DNA from: Bacteroidales bacterium
Lineage (GTDB): Bacteria; Bacteroidota; Bacteroidia; Bacteroidales; UBA932
Assembly (NCBI GenBank): GCA_017626555.1
Contig: JAGAIM010000019.1
Span: forward strand, 20,345-84,344
Direction: 5' to 3'
DNA length: 64,000 nt
In this document: in pieces, positions 1 through 10,302 of the stretch
How positions within the stretch are numbered: the stretch's first letter is position 1
Layout: each line of letters opens with the position of its first letter
Program-made: the position numbers and the translations under genes
The notes under the pieces: model-generated
What the model saw: the letters and a program-made list of their open reading frames with translations, nothing else
Database searches by the model: none
What the model was told of the DNA's origin: nothing

Positions 1-147
1 CGGAAGCAATAGACCGAGACGATTTTCTGCGTTTTATAAATGCTTGATATTCAATGTGTTATAAAATAGGAGAGATTTTGCTGGATGTCGCAGTTGTATC
101 TAATTGAAAATCAATGCTTTATAACATTATACAGAGAGATTTTACAG

Positions 148-175
148 GCCTGAAAATTCGTTTTCAGGCTTTTTT
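148..175 (+). terminator. Intrinsic terminator upstream of tonB
   Basis: GCCTGAAAA-TTCG-TTTTCAGGC perfect 9-bp stem followed by a T6 run. Confidence 0.7.
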
Positions 176-213
176 GATGCATATCATTGCACAAACCAAT
201 TAAATCACGAGTT

Positions 214-903
214 ATGAAAACAAAGAAAACTGAAAAAGCAGATCTTGAGAACAAGAGGCTTTTATTTGTCGAAATCGGTCTTATTGTATCTCTTTTCCTG
301 ATATGGAGCGGATTTGAGTACAGTACAGCACAAGTCCGGACCGTAATGCTGGAAGGAAACCAGTCTTTTGATGTCGAAGAAATAATTATTCCAGCAACAT
401 TTGAAACTCCCCCACCTCCTCCACCTGCTGTACCTAAAATAGAACTTAATGATATAATAGATATTGTAGATGATGATATTGAAGTCGAAGACAACCTTTT
501 CCGTACAATAGAGGACGATCCGGGATTGGGAGTCGAAATTATTGACTATTATGATGTTGTGGAAGAAGATGTAGAAGAGGAGGCAATACCTTTTGCAATC
601 GTTGAACAGAAACCGAAATTCAATGGAGGCTCAGCCAATGATTTCAGCCGTTGGGTCAATCAGAGACTGAAGTATCCTGAAATCTGCGTCGAGAATGGAG
701 TTCAAGGAAAAGTTATCCTGAGTTTTACCGTTATGCCGGACGGAACTCTTTCTGATATTTCTGTTTTACGAGGTGTGGATCAGGCACTTGACTCTGAGGC
801 TCTCAGGGTGGTCAGCAGTTCACCTAAATGGGAGCCGGGGCGGCAGAGAGACAGAGCAGTTCCTGTTACATATACCTTCCCTGTAGTGTTCCAACTTAGA
901 TAA
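214..903 (+). CDS. tonB: Energy transducer TonB family protein
   Basis: N-terminal TM, PPPPPP linker, TonB_C (YPEICVENGVQGKVILSFTV...WEPGRQRDRAVPVTYTFPVVF); ATG at 214 preferred over TTG at 187. Confidence 0.9.
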   Translation: MKTKKTEKADLENKRLLFVEIGLIVSLFLIWSGFEYSTAQVRTVMLEGNQSFDVEEIIIPATFETPPPPPPAVPKIELNDIIDIVDDDIEVEDNLFRTIEDDPGLGVEIIDYYDVVEEDVEEEAIPFAIVEQKPKFNGGSANDFSRWVNQRLKYPEICVENGVQGKVILSFTVMPDGTLSDISVLRGVDQALDSEALRVVSSSPKWEPGRQRDRAVPVTYTFPVVFQLR

Positions 904-1351
904 TTGTACATTTTTCGAGTTTCCCATCAGGGAGGACACGGTAAAGAGCCTGGTTTGTTGTCGGTGATTTAAGTCCTCCCAATGTTTCTATATAAGGACC
1001 GAGTTTGATATAGTCCAGGCAGCGGATGTCAAATCCTTCTGGAATGACTTCTCTTCCAGAATACCAGGCTGTCTTAAGGTGAGGATATTCCGATTTCAGC
1101 CAGAATGCAAGACGCTGTATTTCACCTGGATCCGCATCTCCTCCCATAAAGCAGAAGCAGGTTATTGCAGCAGAGTAACGGCTGATAAGAGACGAAAGAA
1201 GTTCTATGCTCATTCCCTTTCCTTCATCTTCCCACAGCCACGGACTATGACATCCGGGGCATCTGTTGGGACATCCGGAAATATTGACTGCCAGGCTGAT
1301 CTCATCCGGGATCTCCTGGCAGACAATGTCATAACTATAGCACTTTAGCAT
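896..1351 (-). CDS. nrdG: Anaerobic ribonucleotide reductase activating protein (radical SAM)
   Basis: CxxxCxxC (GCPNRCPGCHS); overlaps the end of nrdD. Confidence 0.93.
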   Translation of the reverse strand: MLKCYSYDIVCQEIPDEISLAVNISGCPNRCPGCHSPWLWEDEGKGMSIELLSSLISRYSAAITCFCFMGGDADPGEIQRLAFWLKSEYPHLKTAWYSGREVIPEGFDIRCLDYIKLGPYIETLGGLKSPTTNQALYRVLPDGKLEKCTII

Positions 1352-3453
1352 AGATGTTTTCCTTCGTCACGATGATAGAAGCGCCTTGCTGCTTCCTCCT
1401 GACGTGCCATCGAGAAGTTGCTGACACGCTTCATATAACCGATGATACGGGTCAGATAATCAATATCTTCGCTATGACACTCAGGACATTCCTTCAGATA
1501 ATGCTTGCTTATATGGCCGCAATTGTTGCATATAGTATTAGGAATATTGAATGTGAAGTAGTTGCAGCCTTCCTGAGCCGCGACGCGGAGAAGTTGGGCA
1601 TACTGAGCCTTGCTGAGATGTTCTTCGAGATTGAGGTGAAGCGCAGATCCTCCAGTCAGATGCTCGATGTACTTACGTCCGTGCAGACGCATCTTGTCTA
1701 TGATGTTGAGTGATTTGTCTTCAACGATGTAGAAATAACTGTTGTAGCAGTCACGAGGCACGGCATAACCGTCTTCCCTATCCCATTTCGCGTGCTTTAC
1801 TCCCACATTTTCAGCCGGAATCATCTCACAGTTGAAGAGGGTTGTCTTAGTCCGGTATTTCTTGTTGTAATCTTCAATGAGACCGAGAGTGTTCTGAACG
1901 AATCTGACGTACTCCGGATTATCGTTGATCTCTATTCCGAGGAATTCTGCAGCCTCCACAAGACCGTTGATTCCTACAGTAAGATACTGACGGCCGATAT
2001 TGATGAATCCGGCATCGAAAAGAGGAAGCATACCTTGCTCTTTCAGTGATTTAAGATTCTCATCGTATGCCAATTGAACCTTATGTACAAGATCCACAAC
2101 CTCTGACAGATATGCCAGATAATCCTGTCCGTTCTTAACGGCATACTGCACACACCTGTTCAAATTGATTGTGAGCACACTTTTGGAGCCTGTTGATACT
2201 CCTCCTGCACCAAGGGTATAACTGAAACCGTTGTCCTGGATCTCATTGCGCAGACGGCAGCACGAAGCAAGAGAGTCAGCGTTATCACTCATATATGTGA
2301 AGAATGAGTGTCCTTCTGAGTACATCTCGGCTGTAAAGTCACCCCACTCCTTGTCTTTGACTTCATTGTTCTCTGTAAGAAGAGCCATAGTTTCCACAGG
2401 GAAAGTCAGAGGGGTCTTGAGTCTCTCTGCGTTGAACCACTTCATAAACCTCTTCTGGAGCCAGGAAAGACCTTCCCAATCAGGCTTTGAGCCATCAGGG
2501 AAACGGAATTCACCGAAAATGCTCTCGAAATAGTTCTTGTCGTAGTACGATATGTTCCAGAACACGGCCTGGAAGTTACGTGCTCCTGTCGGTTGGTTGA
2601 TTGAATATACTATCTGCTCGAAGCAGTCGGTTATGACCTTGTCGATGCTGCGTTTCTTGATGGAATTATCAGCCTGAGTATCAGGATGTTTCCAATAATC
2701 CAGCCCATACTCCTTACCGATGAAGTAATTCATATACATAAGGAACTCAGGAGTTGCACAGGCACCGCTGAGCATACTTGAGACCATAAACACGAGGTTG
2801 ATGAAACCTCCGCAGAATGATTTGAGGTTGGTCGGACCTATTGAGTTTCCGCCGATAGGTTTTGTACCCTCAAGCAGCCAAGGATACATAGTTATGCTGG
2901 CGCAATAGTTGGCCAGAGATGTCTCGTCATTCTTATAGATATGGTGGTTCTTAAGCAGTCGTATATATTTGTCAGACAACTCTTTGCCATACATCTTCTT
3001 CATCCTGTCGGTGAGGATGCGGCGGTTAAGTCTGATGAAGTTCTTTTTCGGAAGTTCGCCGATGAGCGTTGCGAGATTCTTCTTTTCGATATTGGCATTA
3101 GCGTCGTATTTGCTTCCAGTCGCCGCATTTTCAGCCTGACAGTATTGTATGAGGAAGTCCAGATGGTCGCGTACTTCGCGGTCTTCGCTATGTCGCTTAC
3201 GGTAAAGCATATAGGCTTTCGCTACAGCGAAATACTGCTCGGCCATAAGTCCGATCTCTACCTGGTTCTGGATCTCTTCAACGTGCATACCGTCAGATAT
3301 GCGTACGTGTGAAAGAATATTGACGATATCTTCTTCAGTGGCGAATGCTCCCACTGAAAGGAAGGCTTTGCGGATGGCATTCTTTATCTTTTCTACTGAA
3401 AAGGCTTTGTGCTTGCCGTCTCTCTTGATGATTGTTATTTCAGCGCTGCTCAT
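1345..3453 (-). CDS. nrdD: Anaerobic (class III) ribonucleoside-triphosphate reductase
   Basis: N-terminal ATP-cone (IIKRDG), ASCCRLRN, zinc ribbon CNNC..CPEC, glycyl-radical motif TRIIGY. Confidence 0.95.
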   Translation of the reverse strand: MSSAEITIIKRDGKHKAFSVEKIKNAIRKAFLSVGAFATEEDIVNILSHVRISDGMHVEEIQNQVEIGLMAEQYFAVAKAYMLYRKRHSEDREVRDHLDFLIQYCQAENAATGSKYDANANIEKKNLATLIGELPKKNFIRLNRRILTDRMKKMYGKELSDKYIRLLKNHHIYKNDETSLANYCASITMYPWLLEGTKPIGGNSIGPTNLKSFCGGFINLVFMVSSMLSGACATPEFLMYMNYFIGKEYGLDYWKHPDTQADNSIKKRSIDKVITDCFEQIVYSINQPTGARNFQAVFWNISYYDKNYFESIFGEFRFPDGSKPDWEGLSWLQKRFMKWFNAERLKTPLTFPVETMALLTENNEVKDKEWGDFTAEMYSEGHSFFTYMSDNADSLASCCRLRNEIQDNGFSYTLGAGGVSTGSKSVLTINLNRCVQYAVKNGQDYLAYLSEVVDLVHKVQLAYDENLKSLKEQGMLPLFDAGFINIGRQYLTVGINGLVEAAEFLGIEINDNPEYVRFVQNTLGLIEDYNKKYRTKTTLFNCEMIPAENVGVKHAKWDREDGYAVPRDCYNSYFYIVEDKSLNIIDKMRLHGRKYIEHLTGGSALHLNLEEHLSKAQYAQLLRVAAQEGCNYFTFNIPNTICNNCGHISKHYLKECPECHSEDIDYLTRIIGYMKRVSNFSMARQEEAARRFYHRDEGKHLC

Positions 3454-3744
3454 TTGTGGTTATCTGTTATGCTTATTTATATTGGGTTGCTAAGTTATTG
3501 ATTAAATTCATTCACATTTAACATAATTGACTTTCTTTATCAACAGACTTTTTAACATAATGCCCCCTGGCACGTTGCAGGCAGTTTTTTGTAATTTATG
3601 TTGAAAAAAAATGTAAAATAAAGCGATATGTCAAAACTTTATTATATTTTTGTCACGATAAAGCGATTGTGGGTCTCTTATCGAGGCATACGACCGCTTT
3701 TTAACATAAAACACGTTCTTATGTATTTTACTGTTTATTAATTG

Positions 3745-4797
3745 ATGAGGAAACTATTTGTCTTTTTGGGGGTTGTCTTTACGACAATCGGCTCTGCAGT
3801 CAGAGCACAGGAAGCAGACAGTACTGTGACATTGCAGAAGTCATCCTGGGGGGATGCGGAAAAATCGGAAACTGTTGATTATATCCCTGATATATCTTTT
3901 GATTTCAGAGGAGGATTCGAGCAGGATTTCGGAAATACGACCGGACGCTTCAATGGCGACGGGTTATACCTTGATATAAACGGTAATATAAGTCCACATT
4001 TATCATATAGTCTCAATCAGAGGCTTGCTTCAAGTTATTATGAAGACAATTCGGGTTTCAACGGTACGAATTGGCTGACTCTTTCATTCGAAAACGACTA
4101 TTTCGGCCTTACCTTTGGAAAGGACGCCCTTTTTGTGGGAAGTTTCGAATATGATGCATATGATCTGGACACCTACTATACTATGAACTCAATGTTCTAT
4201 AATATGCTTGATTGCTGGCAGTGGGGTGTCTCTGCATCTTGGTATCTGGCTGAAGGACAGTCTGTTGCATTTCAATTCGCTAACTCCCCTCTTTCATACG
4301 AAGGTTCTATGTTTGCATATAATGCAGCCTGGCGTGGAGAATGGGAGCATTACGAGTCATACTGGACCGCGAATCTTTGGCAGATGGCTGATGCTGCATA
4401 TCTGAAGTCTTTGAACTTCGGTAACAGATTCCATTTCGGCCCGGTAACGGTCGATCTGGAATATATGACCAGGGCAGCGGATCTCAAAGGTCTTTTTACT
4501 GATGACTTTACATTTATTGCTGCTCCTTCATATACATTTGCCGATATATTCCGGATTTTTGGAAAATTCGGTTGGGAGAGAGTTGCGGATGATCTTCCAT
4601 ACGAACTTGCCTACGAAGGTTATACGGGCACCGATTATCTTTTTTATGGAGCAGGAGTGGAAGTATTTCCTTTTCCAAATAAAGACGTAAGGTTGCACGC
4701 AGCCTGGTCAGGCAACAATTTCGACGAAAATTATCTGAATGTCGGCATAACCTGGAAATTCAACCTTACAGGAGTGTTGAAATCTCTCCTTCAATAA
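3745..4797 (+). CDS. Outer-membrane beta-barrel (porin-like) protein
   Basis: Signal peptide, alternating amphipathic strands, aromatic-rich C-terminal strand [10 protein letters not shown]; 14 bp upstream of potA. Confidence 0.7.
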   Translation: MRKLFVFLGVVFTTIGSAVRAQEADSTVTLQKSSWGDAEKSETVDYIPDISFDFRGGFEQDFGNTTGRFNGDGLYLDINGNISPHLSYSLNQRLASSYYEDNSGFNGTNWLTLSFENDYFGLTFGKDALFVGSFEYDAYDLDTYYTMNSMFYNMLDCWQWGVSASWYLAEGQSVAFQFANSPLSYEGSMFAYNAAWRGEWEHYESYWTANLWQMADAAYLKSLNFGNRFHFGPVTVDLEYMTRAADLKGLFTDDFTFIAAPSYTFADIFRIFGKFGWERVADDLPYELAYEGYTGTDYLFYGAGVEVFPFPNKDVRLHAAWSGNNFDENYLNVGITWKFNLTGVLKSLLQ

Positions 4798-4811
4798 CTG
4801 AACTTACTGAA

Positions 4812-6200
4812 ATGACAAACAACGATTATATAATAGAGATCAGGAACATCTCTAAGAGTTTCGGAGACAAAGTGATACTTGATGATGTGAGTATCAACGT
4901 GAAAAGAGGTGAATTCGTTACGATTCTCGGCCCTTCCGGCTGTGGCAAGACCACTATGCTAAGACTCCTGGCAGGTTTCGGTCAGGCAGATAAAGGGGAA
5001 ATCCTCATCAATGGAGTTGACATCACCGGCACACCCCCACATCAGCGTCCGGTAAACACCGTTTTCCAGCGTTATGCACTTTTCCCGCATCTTGATGTAT
5101 ATGAGAACATTGCATTCGGGCTCAAACTTCAGAAGGTTCCTGCTGACGAAATCGACAAGCGTGTGATGAAAGTGCTCAAAATGGTGAGTATGACTGACTA
5201 CGAAGACAGGGATGTGGAGTCTTTGTCGGGAGGCCAGCAGCAACGTGTCGCCATTGCGAGGGCGATTGCAAATCAGCCTAAGGTTCTTCTTCTGGATGAA
5301 CCCCTTGCTGCACTTGACCTGAAGATGCGCAAGGATATGCAGATCGAACTCAAGGAAATGCACAGGAAACTGGGTATAACCTTCATCTATGTGACTCACG
5401 ATCAGGAAGAGGCTCTTACCCTTTCCGACACCATCATAGTAATGAATGAAGGAAAGATTCAGCAGATCGGAACTCCTACGGATATTTATAATGAGCCTCA
5501 GAACTCTTTTGTTGCCGACTTCATCGGTGAATCGAACATCCTTAACGGCCGTATGGTCAAAGACAGGCTTGTAGAGTTTGTCGGCCACGAATTCGAATGC
5601 GTCGATGAAGGTTTCGGTGAAGATGTTCAGGTCGATGTGGTAGTTCGTCCTGAGGACATCTATATAATGAACAAGTTGGAAGGTGCACAATTCACTGCCA
5701 AGGTGAAATCCTGCACATTCAAGGGCGTACATTACGAAATGTATGTCGAAACTGAGAATGGTTTTGAACTTATGGTTCAGGACTATAATGCTTTCGAACC
5801 AGACTCTGAGGTGGGTCTTCTCATAAGGCCTGCAGACATCCAGGTGATGCATAAGGAAAGGATATGCAATACGATAGAGGCGGAAATCGTTGATGCTAAC
5901 CACGTTAAGTTCTTTGAAGAAACTTTCGAGTGTCTGCCGCACAGCGGTTTTGAAGAAGGAGAAAAAGTCAAGGTCGAAATTACATTCTCAAAGGTGGATC
6001 TTATTGACCATCCGGAAGAAGGTATGCTTTCAGGCCTTGTACACTTCCTGCTGTATAAAGGCGATCATTATCATCTGACCATTCTGACAGATGAAGGATA
6101 TCATTTGTGGGTTGATACGAACGATATCTGGGACAAGGGCGACCTTGTGGGTATTAACATTGCTCCTCAGGACATCAAGATAATAAAGTCAGATGAATAA
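4812..6200 (+). CDS. potA: Spermidine/putrescine ABC transporter ATP-binding subunit
   Basis: Walker [34 protein letters not shown]-terminal TOBE regions. Confidence 0.93.
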   Translation: MTNNDYIIEIRNISKSFGDKVILDDVSINVKRGEFVTILGPSGCGKTTMLRLLAGFGQADKGEILINGVDITGTPPHQRPVNTVFQRYALFPHLDVYENIAFGLKLQKVPADEIDKRVMKVLKMVSMTDYEDRDVESLSGGQQQRVAIARAIANQPKVLLLDEPLAALDLKMRKDMQIELKEMHRKLGITFIYVTHDQEEALTLSDTIIVMNEGKIQQIGTPTDIYNEPQNSFVADFIGESNILNGRMVKDRLVEFVGHEFECVDEGFGEDVQVDVVVRPEDIYIMNKLEGAQFTAKVKSCTFKGVHYEMYVETENGFELMVQDYNAFEPDSEVGLLIRPADIQVMHKERICNTIEAEIVDANHVKFFEETFECLPHSGFEEGEKVKVEITFSKVDLIDHPEEGMLSGLVHFLLYKGDHYHLTILTDEGYHLWVDTNDIWDKGDLVGINIAPQDIKIIKSDE

Positions 6201-6960
6201 GAGATCCAGTTGGGCACTGCCCTACGCGATATTCCTTTTACTGTTTGTCGCGCTGCCTCTTGTCCTGATCATACTGTATGCTTTTCAGGACGGTTCCGGC
6301 AATTTCACATTCGGGAACTTCACCAAGTTCTTTACTGATGCAGATGCCATAGGTACTTTCGCACTTTCATTGGAGGTGGCGATTGAGAATACCCTCATCT
6401 GCATTCTTCTGGGTTATCCTGCAGCGTGGATCCTCTCTAACAAGAAACTCAATCGCAGCGCTGTAACCATTGTGCTGTTCATTATGCCTATGTGGATCAA
6501 TGCGCTTATGAGAACATTGGCTACAGCAGAACTTTTCCATATGCTAGGAATACAATTAGGTAAAGGTACTCTGCTCGTCGGTATGGTATATGATTATCTT
6601 CCGTTTATGATTTATCCGATCTACAACATTCTCAACAAGATGGACAAGTCATATATGGAGGCTGCTGCCGATCTTGGAGCCACTCCTTGGCAGGTATTCT
6701 GGAAGGTTCAGGTGCCGCTTTCTATGCCTGGAGTCGTGAGTGGAATTATGATGGTGTTTATGCCTACGGTAAGCACTTTCGCCATTTCGGAGTTCTTGAC
6801 CAACAATAAGATCAAACTGTTCGGTACGATAATTCAGGAGAACATCAATTCATCAATGTGGAACTATGGTGCTGCACTGTCGCTTATTATGCTCGTCATC
6901 ATCGGAATGACAAGCCTGCTGCAGGACAATAAGAAAGAAGTCGCGGGAGGGACTGTCTAG
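6193..6960 (+). CDS. potB: Polyamine ABC transporter permease
   Basis: Multi-[10 protein letters not shown] loop, operon position. Confidence 0.88.
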   Translation: MNKRSSWALPYAIFLLLFVALPLVLIILYAFQDGSGNFTFGNFTKFFTDADAIGTFALSLEVAIENTLICILLGYPAAWILSNKKLNRSAVTIVLFIMPMWINALMRTLATAELFHMLGIQLGKGTLLVGMVYDYLPFMIYPIYNILNKMDKSYMEAAADLGATPWQVFWKVQVPLSMPGVVSGIMMVFMPTVSTFAISEFLTNNKIKLFGTIIQENINSSMWNYGAALSLIMLVIIGMTSLLQDNKKEVAGGTV

Positions 6961-6962
6961 AT

Positions 6963-7766
6963 ATGAAGAGATTCTTTGCACAATGTTATATCTGGCTGCT
7001 TCTGATCATTCTATATGCGCCGATAGTCTTTATTGCGGTATTCTCTTTTACCGAAAGCAAGGTGCTGGGTAACTGGACCGGTTTTTCCACCAGGCTCTAC
7101 TCCAACCTTTTTACCGGTGATATGCAGGGAACCGGTTCACTGATGCTTGCTATCGAGAATACGATTTTCATAGCGCTTGTCGCTGCTGTCGTATCGACTG
7201 TACTGGGCACTGTCGCTGCTATAGGAATACATAATATGAGAGGCAGTACCAAGCAGGCTATCACGTTTATGAACAATATTCCGATGCTGAATCCTGATAT
7301 CATCACCGGTGTTTCTCTCTTCCTGCTTTTTGTCTTTCTTCATATAAGTCAGGGATATCTGACTGTCATTCTTGCTCATATCACATTCTGCACACCTTAC
7401 GTTGTGCTGAACGTGCTGCCGAAACTGACTCAGATGAATCCTAATGTGTATGAAGCCGCTCTTGATCTTGGAGCAACACCTTTTCAGGCTTTACGGAAAG
7501 TCCTGATACCTCTGTTGAAACCAGGTATGATTTCCGGATTCATACTGGCGTTCACTATGTCCCTGGATGACTTTGCCGTGACTTTCTTCACCAGAGGAAC
7601 CATAGGTCTCGATACGCTTTCCACATATATCTATACTGATGCAAGGAAGGGAGGATTGACTCCGGAGTTGAGACCTTTGATCACTCTTCTTTTCGTAGGT
7701 ATCCTTATTCTGCTTATTGTGATCAATATCAGACAGATACGCAATTCAAACACTGAAAATAAGTAA
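6963..7766 (+). CDS. potC: Polyamine ABC transporter permease
   Basis: Multi-TM, EAALDLGA, FTMSLDDF motif. Confidence 0.88.
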   Translation: MKRFFAQCYIWLLLIILYAPIVFIAVFSFTESKVLGNWTGFSTRLYSNLFTGDMQGTGSLMLAIENTIFIALVAAVVSTVLGTVAAIGIHNMRGSTKQAITFMNNIPMLNPDIITGVSLFLLFVFLHISQGYLTVILAHITFCTPYVVLNVLPKLTQMNPNVYEAALDLGATPFQALRKVLIPLLKPGMISGFILAFTMSLDDFAVTFFTRGTIGLDTLSTYIYTDARKGGLTPELRPLITLLFVGILILLIVINIRQIRNSNTENK

Positions 7767-7767
7767 G

Positions 7768-9075
7768 ATGAAGAAATATTTATTGATTGTTCTGTCAGCC
7801 TTGCTTCTTGCTGGCTGTTCGGAAGACAGAAGCCATATCCTGAAAGTATATAACTGGGCAGATTACATCGATGAGTCCCTCATTGATGAGTTTGAAGTAT
7901 GGTACAAGGAGCAGACAGGTGAGGATGTAGAGGTGGTATATCAGACATTCGACATCAATGAGACGATGCTTTCCAAGATAGAATTGGGACACGAAGACTA
8001 TGACCTTGCCTGCCCATCCGATTATATCATAGAGCGTATGCTCTCCAATGATCTTCTCCTGCCTATCGATACCGATTTCGGTGACACTCCCAACTACATA
8101 GACAATGTTGCTCCGTATATAAAGGAAGAACTATTTACCCAGATTGCAGGTAACGGGAAGAATGCCAATGATTATGCAGTCGGTTATATGTGGGGAACTA
8201 CAGGTATTCTTTACAATACCAAGTATGTCAGTGATGAGGAAGTAAAGTCTTGGGATGTGCTCCGCAATCCGGATTACGCTGGAAAGATCCTGGTCAAGGA
8301 TGCTTTCAGGGATGTCTATACTTCCTTGCTTATTTCGTTCAATATAGATGCCATTGAAAAAGGTGAGAAGAATCTTCAGACCATAGGTTTTGACGCATCT
8401 CCGGAGTCTATCTCGATTGTAGAGGAATATCTGAATTCTTTCAAGGATAATGTTGCAGGTTGGGAGGCAGATTTCGGAAAGGATCAGATGACCAAGGAAC
8501 TTGCCTGGCTGAATCTTTCCTGGAGCGGTGATGCCCAGTGGGCAATGGATGAGGCATCTGAAATAGGTGTAGAACTTCAGTACACTATCCCCCAGACCGG
8601 AAGTACAGTATGGTTTGACGGCTGGGTCATTCCTAAATATGCAAAGAACGTCAGGGCGGCAAGTTATTTCATTAACTTTATGTGCAAGCCGGAGAATGCT
8701 GTCAGGAATATGGATGTCATAGGATATGTCAGCACTATCGGAGGAAATGAAGTACTGGAGGCTATGTCGGACGACGAGGCGTACGAACCTATAGATGTGT
8801 CTTATTTCTTTGGGCCTGAAGCAGATAGCGTATGTGTCAGTCCGGTTTTGTATCCGGACAATATGGTTATGTCACGCTGCGGAATGATGCATGACAGCGG
8901 AACAGAGGAACTTTTGAAGATGTGGTCGAGGGTGAAGGGAGACAGCGCGTCGGCGTGGACATATACTCTTATCTGCCTGGTGTTTGTAGCGTTGATCGCT
9001 GCTGTAATCGTGAAGTATGCGAAGAAGAGGTATAGGAGGAAGAGATACGCGAAAAAGAGAAAGAAGAGATCTTGA
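7768..9075 (+). CDS. potD: Polyamine ABC transporter substrate-binding lipoprotein
   Basis: Lipobox LLAGC, LKVYNWADYID, PSDY, YMWGTTGILYN; C-terminal TM and basic tail. Confidence 0.88.
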   Translation: MKKYLLIVLSALLLAGCSEDRSHILKVYNWADYIDESLIDEFEVWYKEQTGEDVEVVYQTFDINETMLSKIELGHEDYDLACPSDYIIERMLSNDLLLPIDTDFGDTPNYIDNVAPYIKEELFTQIAGNGKNANDYAVGYMWGTTGILYNTKYVSDEEVKSWDVLRNPDYAGKILVKDAFRDVYTSLLISFNIDAIEKGEKNLQTIGFDASPESISIVEEYLNSFKDNVAGWEADFGKDQMTKELAWLNLSWSGDAQWAMDEASEIGVELQYTIPQTGSTVWFDGWVIPKYAKNVRAASYFINFMCKPENAVRNMDVIGYVSTIGGNEVLEAMSDDEAYEPIDVSYFFGPEADSVCVSPVLYPDNMVMSRCGMMHDSGTEELLKMWSRVKGDSASAWTYTLICLVFVALIAAVIVKYAKKRYRRKRYAKKRKKRS

Positions 9076-9091
9076 CGATTGGATAAAAATC

Positions 9092-9195
9092 GCAGAAAAA
9101 AACTGACCGATATACCGGTGACCCCCGCCTCCTTTCAGGAGGCACCCCCTAGCCGGGGGTGGCACGTCACCTATATATCGGTCAGTTTTTTCTGC
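9092..9195. repeat. 104-bp nested palindrome (long stem plus two internal hairpins) between convergent potD and pta
   Basis: GCAGAAAAAAACTGACCGATATA (9092-9114) vs TATATCGGTCAGTTTTTTCTGC (9174-9195); inner GGTGAC/GTCACC; hairpins GCCTCCT-TTC-AGGAGGC and ACCCCC-TAGCC-GGGGGT. Confidence 0.8.
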
Positions 9196-9217
9196 TTTAT
9201 GTATATCCAGTCAGATG

Positions 9218-10225
9218 CTATTTGGCATCCATAGCCTGGCAGGCAGTGATTGCAACCATCTTGTAGATGTCGTCAACTGAGCATCCGCGGCTGAGGTCAT
9301 TCACAGGACGAGCGATACCCTGGAGGATTGGTCCGATGGCATCAGCATTTCCAAGTCTCTGAACGAGTTTGTAGGCTATGTTACCTACTTCAAGGCAAGG
9401 GAATACGAGAACATTTGCGTGTCCTGCTATTTCTGAACCAGGAGCCTTTTTCTGTCCTACAGACGGAACGAGTGCTGCATCTGCCTGAAGTTCGCCTTCT
9501 ATCTTCACTGATGGATCCAGTTCTTTTGCGAGTCTTGTCGCTTCTACCACCTTGTCAACAACTTCGTGTTTTGCAGAGCCCTTTGTGGAGAATGACAGCA
9601 TTGCGACTTTTGGATCGGCAAATCCTGCGACGCTCTTCGCAGTCTGTGCAGTACAAACAGCAATCTGAGCAAGTTGTGAAGCATCAGGCATAGGGGTAAC
9701 TGCAACGTCTCCTACTACAAGAACACCGTTCTCACCGTACTCAGGAGTCTGAGTGATCATAAGCATAGCACCGCTCACGCAGGAAATGCCAGGTGCACAT
9801 TTGATGATCTGGAGGGCTGGTCTGAGTGTCTCGCCTGTGGTGGAAAGTGCACCACTGATCTGTCCGTCAGCATCGCCGTTCTTGATGATGAGACATCCGA
9901 AATAGAGAGGATCCAGAACTTGCTGGGCAGCCTTTTCAGGTGTCATACCCTTGTTCTTGCGAAGTTCGTAGAGAAGATTGGCATATTCCGCTGTCTTTTC
10001 GCTTGTTGCAGGATCTATGATTGTGGCTTTGCCAATGTTCTTCAGACCCAGTTTTTCGGCGAGTGCAAAGATTTCGTCAGGGTTGCCGATGAGGATGATT
10101 TCTGCAATTTCTTCAGCAAGAGCCATATCTGCTGCGGTAAGAGTGCGTTCCTCAAGAGATTCAGGGAGCACGATACGCTGCTTCTTTGATTTGGCGCGTG
10201 CAATAATGCTTTCGATAAGTGTCAT
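9218..10225 (-). CDS. pta: Phosphate acetyltransferase
   Basis: RIVLPES, SFSTKGSA, EGELQADAA, GPILQGIARPVNDLSRGCS. Confidence 0.95.
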   Translation of the reverse strand: MTLIESIIARAKSKKQRIVLPESLEERTLTAADMALAEEIAEIILIGNPDEIFALAEKLGLKNIGKATIIDPATSEKTAEYANLLYELRKNKGMTPEKAAQQVLDPLYFGCLIIKNGDADGQISGALSTTGETLRPALQIIKCAPGISCVSGAMLMITQTPEYGENGVLVVGDVAVTPMPDASQLAQIAVCTAQTAKSVAGFADPKVAMLSFSTKGSAKHEVVDKVVEATRLAKELDPSVKIEGELQADAALVPSVGQKKAPGSEIAGHANVLVFPCLEVGNIAYKLVQRLGNADAIGPILQGIARPVNDLSRGCSVDDIYKMVAITACQAMDAK

Positions 10226-10302
10226 AATTATTTTGTTTAATGAGTATTCTTAAATCACACAAATTTAGAAAATAAAGTTATCTTTACAAAATATTTGCTT
10301 GT

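Noticed and set aside
1-20. CGGAAGCAAT as a tRNA-derived att core at the window edge
   Set aside because: Too short and truncated by the window boundary to support
3454-3741. Cobalamin or other known riboswitch upstream of nrdD
   Set aside because: No recognisable B12-box or other riboswitch consensus
4812-9075. Long PotA and C-terminally anchored PotD as novelties
   Set aside because: As far as I recall, both architectures are normal for Bacteroidales pot operons
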